A stretch of 63,725 nucleotides of DNA, filler included, from Collodictyon triciliatum (taxonomy: Eukaryota), in assembly GCA_043381765.1 (NCBI GenBank). It is 8 parts of 8 records of this genome, joined end to end, with 100 filler letters (N's around TTAATTAATTAA, not from the genome) between each part and the next. Parts side by side here need not be neighbours in the genome. Positions count along the whole stretch, not along the records: positions 43,851 to 52,504 come from JBHJMP010003334.1; positions 52,605 to 59,640 come from JBHJMP010003335.1; positions 59,741 to 63,725 come from JBHJMP010003418.1; 5 more parts are not named here. One strand, 5' to 3'. This document shows, piece by piece, positions 49,987 to 61,930 of the stretch. A program made the position numbers and the translations under genes. The number at the start of each line of letters is the position of its first letter. Position 1 is the first letter of the stretch. The notes beneath the pieces were generated by a model. It had not been told where the DNA came from and did no database searches. It worked only from the letters and a program-made list of their open reading frames with translations.

Positions 49987-52900
49987 AAAAGAACGTGCCT
50001 TGAACGATTTTCATCTAAAAGGAGAGGTATTAAGGAAACAGTATATGAAATTTTGTGGGTATGAGGAATTGGATGTTTTTTTTTGGTTTTGTTTTGATAT
50101 TTTGATTGGGAGTGTGCTTTGTTCTTAAGAATTGTCTTGACGTTTTTTTTTTTACAGACACCAAAGCATATCAATCGAAGTGGTTATGATTTCTTGCTCA
50201 ATTCTTTTCTATAAACTACAATCATAATAATATTCGATAGATATTCCAGTTTTTAATTTATGTATCCTAGAATAATTTCATGAACATCGACTGCTCTTCT
50301 TCGTTTAATTTTTAATACTGCCACTCGATTTAACTGTAATTTTATTTTTATCAGGATTTTTTATTTTCGATATCTTTATCGTTTATAAATGACTATGACA
50401 AGGTGTATTATGTTTTCATGAAATTCAGATATATATTTGAATCAGTATCAAGTCCAGTTTTCTTTTCCAAATGAGTATGAGGTACTCTGAACCAGGTAAC
50501 TAAGATAAACATATCACTAAAGAAATAAAAAAAAAATTAGTAACTATGAATAAGTTTCTAGAATAATAATGGGCCTGTTAGCTTATAAAAATCTATATGA
50601 TTGAAATAAAAATCTTTAAGGTTTATATCTACATATATTTAGGTAAGAGAAATCCTAACATCAATATATGCATATTGCCATCTCACACATGGATATACTT
50701 TTTTACATTTGTTCAATTTTCCAAAAAAAAAAAAAAACCCTCAATTTGTAGCGGCTCAGTCCTATTTATGCTTCATTTACGAAAAAATGATGGGCAGTCA
50801 TTCTGAAGTATGTCAGTCATGTTGAAATATACTAGAAATCTTACTAGCAGCAATTTACACACAATGTGTCTCATCGATTGCATAAAATATCAAAAATGGA
50901 GAAGAATGCGTACCTGCGTTTCTGATTCAGATATGTCAGTACCATTTTTCTCTGATATTTTTATATTATGAATATTTTATTCAAAGAATTTTCATTCTCA
51001 AAGTAAGGGAATTGTTTTTTAAAATTAAATTAAAGTTTACTACTACTTTGAGTCGGGTCAGATTAACTTAAAATACTAAGCCTGTTTCTCATTTAAGGTT
51101 TATATTTAAATAACAAATTTTCAGTGCTATTTGGCTAATGTGTGGCTATTCACCTAATTTTGGTTTATAATTACGGTCGATTCTTCTTTTCTAAGTGAAG
51201 TGACAAGAAAGGAATTTCAATGACATGAGCTTTCTGTTGAACTTCAACATCCATCAATAATAGTCTTTGTTATGGGGCTCAGTCACACAGAAAGATGTGG
51301 AATGAATCCAAGAAAGAGATTAAGCCTCGCCTTATCTCTCATGCAAGCACTAGACCCAGGCTACAAGCCAAACTGCAGGACGCAGTTCCTGATTACCGAA
51401 TACTTCTCCGCCACCTGGCCAGCAAGCAGTGTCATGCAAACGATGGCCAACGAACCAAAGCCAACCTTTTCACCATCTTGCACACAATTGAAAGGAAGAA
51501 TAATAAACGGTTTTTTTTGTTTTTTTGTTTTTTTGTTTTTTGTTTTTTGTTTTTTGTTTTTTATTTTTTATTTTTTATTTTTTATTTTTTATTTTTTATT
51601 TTTTATTTTTTATTTTTTATTTTTTATTTTTTATTTTTTGTTGTTTAAGCCGTTTTTACAACATCTTGTTAACAGCCTTAAAAATGATAATAAAATAATG
51701 ATATGAATTATTATAAAGATGAGAACAATTGAAAGGAAGAATAAAAATAAAAATAAGAGAACTAACATAATACGATTGTATTAAATGTGGCAGTGATTAT
51801 AATAGGAATACGAATAGGAAGACGAAGACGAAGACAAAGACGAAGACAAAGACGAAGACGAAGACGAAGACAAAGACGAAAGAGAAGAATGGATGACACC
51901 AAGAAAACATGTAGAACCTAGATATGTTTTTGGAGTTAAGGCTCCATCAGTCAGTTACCTTGGAGTAGATAGTAGGTACTTTCTCATACAAACGACTATC
52001 AATCACAAATTCATTTTGTAAAGTAGATAGTATTCGCCCAAATGCGACCATTTTCTTGTGTCCTACAAGAGGCTGGTATCAAGAGCAGCCAAAGGAATAA
52101 AAGAAAGGAGCGATTAATTTGAAAATCATCAATTTAAAGTGAATAATGTTTCAATTATTAGGAATTGATAAGGTGCGTATCATAACAGAAAATATTAAGG
52201 GTTCTTTGGTATTAGTGACTCGGCGGTTTGTTTTTTGTGTGATTATTTTACATTCACTATGACTAATAAGAAAAGTACAACTACGTTCATATGCGTTTTG
52301 GTCATATTTGGCAACCTTGTTACTGTTCGTCCAGCATATTTCTTAATTTTCACAAGAAAGTGGTTTAACTCTTTTTTACTCTTTTTTTACTCTTTTTTTA
52401 CTCTTTTTTTACTCTTTTTTTACTCTTTTTTTACTCTTTTTTTACTCTTTTTTTACTCTTTTTTTACTCTTTTTTTACTCTTTTTTTACTCTTTTTTTAC
52501 TCTTNNNNNNNNNNNNNNNNNNNNNNNNNNNNNNNNNNNNNNNNNNNNTTAATTAATTAANNNNNNNNNNNNNNNNNNNNNNNNNNNNNNNNNNNNNNNN
52601 NNNNTTTTTTTTTTTTTTCCCCCCCCCATGCCCAATTTTTTATTTTTTTTATTCCCCCCCCCCCCCCCCCCCCCAAGACTAATTTGATTATTTTTTTTTC
52701 CTTTATTCGATTCAAAGTAGACTAATTTGATTATGAAATAGCGGCAGAGAGTAGCGACTCGAGGATGTTTTGGTACTCTGTCTTTGAAGTGTGTGTGCTG
52801 GGCGTCATGAGTGCATGGCAAGTTTGGACATTGAAGCGCCTGTTTGAGTCTAAATCTTGGTTGTGAGAGTTTGTGTGTGGGCTACACAGCTCCCAACCCC

Positions 52901-53352
52901 ACCGAAGGGATCGAACACCACCACTCTAAACATAAAAATCTGGCACGAAAATCAAAATGAATAAAAAAAAAAATAAAAAAAAAACTGGAAGAATGCGTGC
53001 ATGAGTGAGCATACTCACATATGTTCAGTGATGCCAGAGTCAAATAAAAAAAAATTGTTCTTCCATTCTTTTTTATTTTCGAGGAGGTCACAGGGACTCG
53101 TCTTTTCCTACTCTGCTGTTCCTTTTTTCTGATATTGTTGCTGCTGGTGGGGCAATAGGGAGTAGGGGTGGAGAAAAAAAAAGAAAAGAGAAAAAGAAAG
53201 AGATCAGGGTTGAAAGAAGACGCACTTGCAGCAGAAGGATGGGATTAAAGGCAGAGAAGATGAGGATGAAAGGTAGAGAATCCCTTTAGCAACAAACAGT
53301 AAGAGACCAGTGGAAAGATAAGGAAGAAGCGAAAGGAAGGTGATAGAGCCTC

Positions 53353-56300
53353 TTAGTCATCACCAGCAAAGACGGACTGGGGTTGGGACGGGGCAGGGGT
53401 GGGGATAGGGGCACCAGGGTTTCCAAGGAGGCCGGAGGCAGCGCCAAAGAGATTGATGGGATTGTTTCCGTTTGTGAGGACGTAACCCTTGAGGCCGAGA
53501 CCCGAGAGGAGCTTGGCCTGGAGTTCAGGGCCAGCGTTTGCCATGGCACGGATGGTTTCTGGGCCAATGGAGCCGACGATGTTTCCAAACTTCTTGGCCT
53601 CGATGGTGGCCAAGTCGCGGGCCTTTTTAATCTCTAGCTCGATAAGGCTGCGCTCGTGGGCGATGTCTTCCTCTTGTCTAGCCTTGAGCTGGTTGAGGGC
53701 TGCATCAGCTTCGATTTCGGATGCCTCTGCCTTGAGCTTTGCGATTTCGACGCTCATTTGACCCTCGATGTCACGGGCAGCGGCACGGGCCTGAGCAGAG
53801 CTGGCGGCACGACCTGAATGAGGAGATTGGCAGAGCGAGTGAGTGAGTGAGTGAGTGAGTGAGTGAGTGATAGGAAATTGTGAAAGTTTTATGCATCTCT
53901 TGCTTTCCTTTTCTTTTCGTTATATATAAATTTTAGAAAAAAAGAAGAAAAAAAAGAAAGAAAGAAAAAAGACCTTTGCTCTCGATCTCTGCCGAGTAGC
54001 ACTGAAGCTGGAGCAGCCTTTCGCGCTCCTGCTCGGCTAGGGCCTGATCCTTGATGCGCTGGCGCTCGAGTTTTCCTTTTGCCTCTTGCTCATTGCGCTC
54101 GGCCTCGTGGCGTGCGGAGGCCTCTTGGGACTTTGTGGTAATTTCGATGGCGAGCTGGACAGACTTTTGGAGGGAGTCGCGCGTGCGCTGGTCGACAGGC
54201 TCGACGCTCTGGATATCGATGTTTGTGACCTTGAGGTTGTTTGCAGTGAATGTGTAGCTGTCGCGGATGCGGCCGGCCTCGTCCTCGCCAAAGACGGCAG
54301 CGCGGATGACGCGGGCGGAGGAGCGGTGGAAGGTGTCGAAGGGGGTGGAGGCGACGGCGCCGCGGATCTTGGAGGCAATGGCCTTGCAGGCGTCGCCGAC
54401 AAAGTCCGGGACCTGGAAGAGCTGTGCAGCCTGGGGCGGGGAGGCGCGGTCGATGTCAAACTCCCAGTTGTAGGAGAGCTGGAGCTGGAGGCGGGCGTGG
54501 TCGGAGGTCTCGACCTTGACGATGTCTGTCATAAAGTCGGGGCCGAGCAGCAGGCAGAGGGAGCGGATGGTGTTTGGCTTCTTGGGCTTGCCGCCGGAGA
54601 GGGAGAGGACGGTGAAGTGCTCGTCGGGGCCGAGCATGACGAGGTCGGGGCCGAAGACGACGCGGGCCTGCTTGTCCTTGTAGTCGTAGATCTGGGCGGC
54701 GGCGTTGTGGGGGACGCGGTAGGTGACGACGGCGGAGCGGGTGCGCTGGACAGCAGGGGGGGCGGCGGCGGGGGCGTTGCGGGCGGCGGCGGTGCGGTCG
54801 GCCAGGGCGTTGACGCCGAGCAGGTCCTCGACGTCCTTGGGCAGGTCCTTGTCCCACAGCTCCTCGTTGGCCAGCAGCATGTAGCTCTCGCCCTTGACCA
54901 TGCGCACCTTGCCCGTGCGGATGTCGCGCACGTAGATGCCCTCGTTCTCGTCGAGGGGGATGGCCTTGCGGCGCTCCACAACCTCGACCTGGACGGGCGG
55001 CACGTAGTCGGTGGCGCCGTAGACCATCCAGCGGTCGCCGGGGCGGCGTTGGACGGCAGCGGCAGCCTCTTGATCGTGCTCTTGATCGTGCTCTTGATCG
55101 GGCTGCAGGGGCCGCTCCGGGGTGGCGTCGTCAAAGGCCTCGCGGGCGCGCAGCAGCAGGGCCTCGTCCTCGCCCAGCACGTAGACGTCCTGGATGCGGT
55201 TCTCGAGGCGCTCGCCCGGGCGCAGGAAGAAGGCGCGCTCGCCCTTGCGCAGCTCGCGCTGGCCCAGCTGGGGCTTGCCGCGGGCATCGACGGGGTCGAG
55301 GACGACGCAGTACTGGCGATTGGTCAGGACGGTGATGGGGACGTCGCCCAGGACCTCCTCGTAGACGTCGGGCACGTGCGTCTCGGCGTCGGCCAGGGTG
55401 ACGAGCCACTCCTCGCCGGCCTTGCGCTCCTTGCCAAAGACGTCCGTGAACGTGCGCCCCGCGCGCAGATGCAGGGCGGCCTTGTCGGTCAGCACGGCCG
55501 CAGCCACGGTCGCCACAACCTCCTCGTCCACGTCCGGCAGATACGCGCCCGCCTCGCGCACCAGCCACTCCTCGCCCGCCTTGCGCTCCTTGCCCTGCGC
55601 GTCCGTCAGCGCCTTGCGCGCCCGCAGCCGCAGCGCCGTGTGCGGCTTCACCACGTGCGCCTTGACCGTCTCCACCACCCGCACCGCCACATCCGGCAGG
55701 TACGTCCCGGGCCCCCGCGCCAGCCACTCGTCCCCGGCCCGCCGCTCCCCGACATCCCGCAGCGCACGCAGCCGCAGCGCCGTGTTGCGCGCAATCTGCG
55801 TCAGCTCCGTCACCGCCTGCTCCACGCGCTCCCCCGGGTACAGCGCAAACGGCGCCTGCGTCAGCCGCACCTCCTGGTCCCCGTGCCGCAGCCGGTACTG
55901 CCCGCTCCGGTCCTTCACCGCCTCCTGCCCCTCCGCCTCCCGCACCACCGGGTTGCTGATCACGCAGTAGTGCTGCGGCGGGATCGTGATCTGCACCCCG
56001 CGCCATCATCCCGCCGCGTGACCGTCGGAGCGGTGCAGAGGAGAGGAGAGGAGAGGAGAGGAGAGACAAGACAAGACAAGACAAGACAAGACAAGACAAG
56101 ACAAGACAAGACAAGACAAGACAAGACAAGACAAGACAAGACAAGACAAGACAAGACAAGACAAGACAATAGAAAGAAAGAGAAAGAAAGACAGGCCAGT
56201 TAGCTTTCTTACTTTCTCACAACACTATGTTTCTTTTTCTTTTTCTTTTTCTTTTTCTTTTTCTTTTTCTTTTTCTTTTTCTTTTTCTTTTTCTTTTTCT

Positions 56301-56666
56301 TCTTCAAAAGTAACGAAAAGGAATCAGGCTTCGCTCACCATGGGCTCAGGCCCAAGCACGAGCTGCTCATGCTCCATGCGTGTGTATGTCCGCGGTCCGC
56401 ATAGCACTTCCGTCACGTTGCTGTTGTTGTCCTGTGGTGTTTTGTTTGTTTTTTAAAAAGTTTTCGTGTGAATATTTGGTTGTAGAGTCCGAGGGAGGAA
56501 AGAGAGAGGGGGAGGAAGGATGGAAGGATGGAAGGATGGAAGGATGGAAGGATAGAAGAAGAAAAAAAGGAAAATAAAGTACCAGTAAGTGGATGTAGTG
56601 GTACGGCTTGATGCGGATCACTCCGGGGGTGCTGTTTGCGGCTGCTGCTGCGGCGTTGCGTGACAT
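53353..56666 (-). CDS. MVP: Major vault protein, 4 exons (56666-56583, 56431-56339, 55990-53974, 53813-53353), about 884 aa
   Basis: [33 protein letters not shown], repeated RxAGEEWLV vault repeats, [56 protein letters not shown] and [17 protein letters not shown]. Confidence 0.97.
56038..56169. repeat. Compound microsatellite (GAGGA)n/(ACAAG)n in MVP intron 2
   Basis: Directly visible. Confidence 0.95.
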
Positions 56667-58535
56667 CCTCCTTGCTTGAGTCTTTGTGTCTGTCTTTGTG
56701 GTGATGGCGATGGGTGAGTGAGTGAGTGGGTGGGTGAGTGTTTATGTTTGTCTTTGTCTTTGCGTTTGTGTCAGGGTGGGGAGGTGGCAGGGCTATGTGA
56801 GGGATCGGGTGAAGGGCCACGATGGAGTCAAATGACTCTGCGAGGGTCTTGTTTGTGTCTCAGCCTTTGCCACCCAAAAACAGGAAGCTTGGTTGTTTGA
56901 GGAAAAAGAGTGGTGTTTGGCGCCAAGTGGATGGTGGCGTGGACAACAAGAGAGGGAAGGAGAGGAGGTGAAGAGAACAGAGTGTCCTTGTATTCATCGC
57001 AAGTTCAGTCGTACTCGGGTTCTGGCATACGTTACAGTGTATGTGTGTGCGTGTGTGTGTCTGTGACAAGGAGGGAATGGAGAAGATGAAGGGAAAGTGA
57101 ATACGATGCTCAAGAGTCTTTTATACACAGTAACAGACATCTCGTCTTGAATTCGTTTACTTTTTCTTTTTTTTCTTCGTTTGTTCTTTGCCATCCTTTT
57201 CTGTCTTTTTCTCTCTTTCTCTTTCTTTCCCTTCCTTTCTTTTCTTTTCTTTCTACTTCTTTGGACGTAGTTGCCCTCCTGAAATGAAATTAATCGTGGG
57301 TCATTCGCCAGCTCACCCATGATCGGCCTATGAAACACCGCACAACAACAGACCAGGTGCCTGCGACGTGTTTGTGTGTGGGTGGGTGTTTTTTTATGTT
57401 GTGTGGATGTGTGCTGTTTGAATTCAAGATCTTCAGAAGTGGATCAGAATGGCTGAGATTCACCCGATCACAGGCATAATTGTGTCGCGGGGGGACACTC
57501 CCGCATCTGTTTCTTTCGGGATTCTTGCTCAGTTCCATCTTCCTCCTTTGTACTTTATTCTTATTTTTCTTTCCTCCTTTCTCTTCATCTCTCTCTTAAC
57601 AAATTCATTTTTATTGAATGGGAAAAACTCTTCGCGCAGTCGCGTTCACTCATATATAACCCAGGCGCACACCCAAAAGCGAACAGAAAATTCGGTTCAG
57701 CCTGCAAACGAACCAACAACCTCGCTTCTCAATTGCGCAATTACTATAGAAAAAAACAACTATATGTAAATTTTCGAATCCAAAAGCCCATCACACATTG
57801 CAGGCGTTCGGGAAATTGGTATATATATAGGTTGTCACTATCTGGAGTGTTTGGTTTTCCACATTAGCGTAATTTCAGCAAACTCCGAATGAGAATCGTA
57901 CAATATCATGTCCTCAAATATTCTATCATGGGTTCTCACTATGAGGGATTAATGACCTTATTCCATGGAAGTTGTACTAAAATGCTGAAATGCTTAGAAA
58001 ATAATTGTGTTATTTTCAACATATTGACGAAATGTCTTGCGTCCCCACAAGTAAAAGTTAAAGCACAATCTTCTATTGTATTTTATCTGTTATTGTACTA
58101 TATTTAGATATTAATATTATATAAATTCAATTTAATTACTTCTTTAATTTATCTCAGGTTAAGTATGTAGATAATTATTATAATATCCAGATATGACATG
58201 AATAACGTGCGCTACTCCCTTTGCCCACAAGAAAAAACCCAGCCGTTGCCGTAAACAACCCGCTGGCCGTACAAACACAAACAACACGAAGAAGCATCGT
58301 AAGAGTCTCTGCTGATATATATATTTTTTTGTAAAATCGACTAAAAAATGGGAGCAAACCTAGTGGAAAGGGGCGCCATAAGGACTAAAAGATTTTTTTT
58401 CCCCCTTTATTCGATCCAAAGTACAGGGACTAAAAGATATAAATGTATAATATCAGTCAGTCTAGTGTTCTACTTTGTATATTTATTTTTAAGGAGTCTA
58501 GTAAACCACAATATTTTGTTCTTTCTGCACAGAAC

Positions 58536-59562
58536 ATGAAGGTATTCAGTGACGAAGAAAGGCACACTCTGCAAATATTGGTATATTGCTCCAGTTCTCT
58601 CTCTATATTGGCCTGTTTACTGGTGATATTCTCTTACATGCGGTTTCGAGAGATAAGATCTATTTCCCTCCGCATCGTCTTCATCATGGCAATGTCTACT
58701 TTGCTCATGGCCATCGGGTTTCTGATGACTGCATCGTATCCGAAAACTGGCATTGACATATCAAAGTCATCCATGGGTACAACTTGTCTCATTCAAGGTA
58801 GTCTATTGAAATTTATCCACCATCCCCTCTCCTCACTCCTTTTTTTTTTACCACCTCACCTCATTATTCCCATCATCTATTCCTCTGAAGTATTATCTCC
58901 TCCCCCACTTGATTCTCCTTATCCTATGGACTTAAGTAGATGGCTATTTCTGTCATTTTACTATAATTAAAAACAGTACATTCTCTTCGTAGTTTGAATC
59001 AGATGAAAACAAATTAAATTAGTATCTATATTTAAACATCCATCTCATGAATCGATTTTCTTCAATCGTAATTGTAATTGTTATCTTACATCTAGCCCCG
59101 ATTAAATGATTTCATATCACACCTCCTACAATCACTTTTATTTTGGAATACATATTGTTTTTAAAAAATATATAAAACTGACCAATATCGTATTCCAGCG
59201 GCTCTTATTCAATTCTTTAGTTTGGCATCAACCATGTGGATGATGGCGACCGCCGCAATTCTATATCTATGCATATCAAGTTCTGAAACTCATGTATGTA
59301 ATTTTGTGAAGTTTCTTCCTAATGGTTGATAAAATATCTCAAAATAAGTCAGTTGAAAATGAAAAAAAAATCTCGGTAAAATTTCGATACCAACAAAAAG
59401 TAAAAGCAATGATTTCTTTGATTCATAATAAAAAAAATCCATCTATCTGATACCACAGGTGGGAAAGTTAGAACCCATATTCCACATAATTGGATGGGGA
59501 TACCCTGCCATAGGGTTGATTGTCACTAAATTAGACGATGGGTTAGGTCCTGCTGGGGTTTG
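58536..59562 (+). CDS. G-protein-coupled receptor, cAMP-receptor (CAR)/GCR1-like; TM1-4, 3' part off contig
   Basis: SSLSILACLLVIFSY, RIVFIMAMS, CLIQ|AALIQFFSLASTMW, FHIIGWGYP and GPAGVW match CAR/GCR1 family motifs. Confidence 0.85.
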
Positions 59563-59899
59563 GTATTGAGACACTTTATAATTCAATCCCTTCTCTTGTC
59601 CCTTTCACCCCCCACCCACCCCACCCCCCCCCCCCCCCCCNNNNNNNNNNNNNNNNNNNNNNNNNNNNNNNNNNNNNNNNNNNNTTAATTAATTAANNNN
59701 NNNNNNNNNNNNNNNNNNNNNNNNNNNNNNNNNNNNNNNNGCCTCATCCGTTTCTTTAAATGTATTAGCCATGACCCTACTGGTTTGCCTCTATGGGGTT
59801 AGCAAGGTTGCATTCACGAGAAAAAAAATATCACGAAAATGTGGCGGTGGAGTTAATGGATCTTCAAGCAACAGGAACACCCGGCTTTTCTTCTTTTCT

Positions 59900-61930
59900 T
59901 TTTTGTGTGTCTATGTGTGCTTTTTGTGCTTTGTGGTGTGTTTTATGGTGTGTTTTATGTTTTGTGTTTTATGTTTTGTGTTTTATGTTTTGTGTTTTAT
60001 GTTTTGTGTTTTATGTTTTGTGTTTTATGTTTTGTGTTTTATGTTTTATGTTTTGTGTTTTGTGTTTTATGTTTTGTGTTTTATGTTTTATGTTTTGTGT
60101 TTTATGTTTTGTGTTTTATGTTTTGTGTTTTATGTTTTGTGTTTTATGTTTTGTGTTTTATGTTTTGTGTTTTTTGTGTTGTTTGTTGTTTTATGTTTTT
60201 GTGTTTTATGTTTTGTGTTTTATGTTTTGTGTTTTATGTTTTGTGTTTTATGTTTTGTGTTTATGTTTTGGTGTTTTATGTTTTGTGTTTTATGTTTTGT
60301 GTTTTTATGTTTGTGTTTATGTTTTGTGTTTTATGTTTTTGTGTTTTATGTTTGTGTTTTATGTTTTGTGTTTTATGTTTGTGTTTTATGTTTTGTGTTT
60401 TATGTTTGTGTTTTATGTTTTGTGTTTTATGTTTTGTGTTTTATGTTTTGTGTTTTATGTTTTGGTTTTTATGTTTTGTGTTTATGTTTTGTGTTTTATG
60501 TTTTGTGTTTTATGTTTTGTGTTTTATGTTTTGTGTTTTATGTTTTGTGTTTAAGTTTTGTGTTTTATGTTTGTGTTTTATGTTTTGTGTTTTATGTTTT
60601 GTGTTTATGTTTTGTGTTTTATGTTTTTGTGTTTATGTTTTGTGGTTTGTGTTTTATGTTTGTGTTTTTATGTTTTGTGGTTTTATGTTTTGTGTTTTAT
60701 GTTTTGTGTTTTATGTTTTGTGTTTTATGTTTTGTGTTTTATGTTTTGTGTTTTATGTTTTGTGTTTTATGTTTTGTGTTTTATGTTTTGTGTTTTATGT
60801 TTTGTGTTTTATGTTTTGTGTTTTATGTTTTGTGTTTTATGTTTTGTGTTTTATGTTTTGTGTTTTATGTTTTGTGTTTTATGTTTTGTGTTTTGTGTTT
60901 TGTGTTTTGTGTTTTGTGTTTTATGTTTTGTGTTTTGTGTTTTGTGTTTTGTGTTTTATGTTTTATGTTTTGTGTTTTATGTTTTGTGTTTTATGTTTTG
61001 TGTTTTATGTTTTGTGTTTTATGTTTTGTTTTATGTTTTGTGTTTTATGTTTTGTGTTTTATGTTTTGTGTTTTATGTTTTGTGTTTTATGTTTTGTGTT
61101 TTATGTTTTGTGTTTTATGTTTTGTGTTTTATGTTTTGTGTTTTATGTTTTGTGTTTTATGTTTTGTGTTTTATGTTTTGTGTTTTATGTTTTGTGTTTT
61201 ATGTTTTGTGTTTTATGTTTTGTGTTTTATGTTTTGTGTTTTATGTTTTTGTGTTTTTATGTTTTGTGTTTTGTGTTTGTGTGTTTAATGTTTTGTGTTT
61301 TTATGTTTGTTGTTTTATGTTTTTGGTGGTTTTGATGTTTATATGTTTTGTGTTATGTTTTGTTTTTATGTTGTTTGTGTTTTATGTTTTTTGTGTTTAT
61401 GTTTTGTGTTTTATGTTTTTGTTTTGTGTTTTATGTTTTTGTGTTTTATGTTTTGTGTTTTATGTTTTTGTGTTTTATGTTTTGTGTTTTATGTTTGTGT
61501 TTTATGTTTTGTGTTTTATGTTGTTGTGTTTGGATGTTTGTGTGTTTTTATGTTTTGTGTTTTATTGTTTTGTGTTTTATGTTTTGTTGTTTTATGTTTT
61601 GTTTTATGTTTTGTGTTTTATGTTTTGTGTTTTATGTTTTGTTTAATGTTTGTGGTTTATTGTTTTGTGTTTTATGTTGTTTGTGTTTTATGTTTTGTGT
61701 TTTATTTGTTTTGTGTTTTGTGTTTTATGTTTTATGTTTTATGTTTTATGTTTTAGTGTTTATGTTTTATGTTTTATGTTTTAGTTTATGTTTATGTTTT
61801 ATGTTTTTATGTTTTATGTTTTTATGTTTTATGTTTTATGTTTATGTTTATGTTTTATGTTTTTGATGTTTATGTTGTTTATGTTTTAGTTCATTATGTT
61901 TAGTGTTCTGATGTTTTATGTTTTATGTTG
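59900..61930. repeat. About 2-kb degenerate satellite of TTTTGTG/TTTTATG heptamers (14-bp higher-order unit)
   Basis: Directly visible tandem array (TGTTTTATGTTTTG)n that decays toward its ends. Confidence 0.95.

Noticed and set aside
51350-52350. Possible 3' exons of a minus-strand gene (GHKKMVAFGRILSTLQNEFVIDSRLYEKVPTIYSK); a similar fragment at 43450-43620
   Set aside because: Too short, with ambiguous frame and no recognisable motif.
54086-56203. 705-aa plus-strand ORF and other ORFs overlapping MVP
   Set aside because: These are antisense or off-frame shadows of the GC-rich MVP exon, with no recognisable motifs.
59771-61866. Long C/F/V/M/L/Y-rich ORFs of up to 505 aa
   Set aside because: They are translations of the stop-poor satellite in all three frames.
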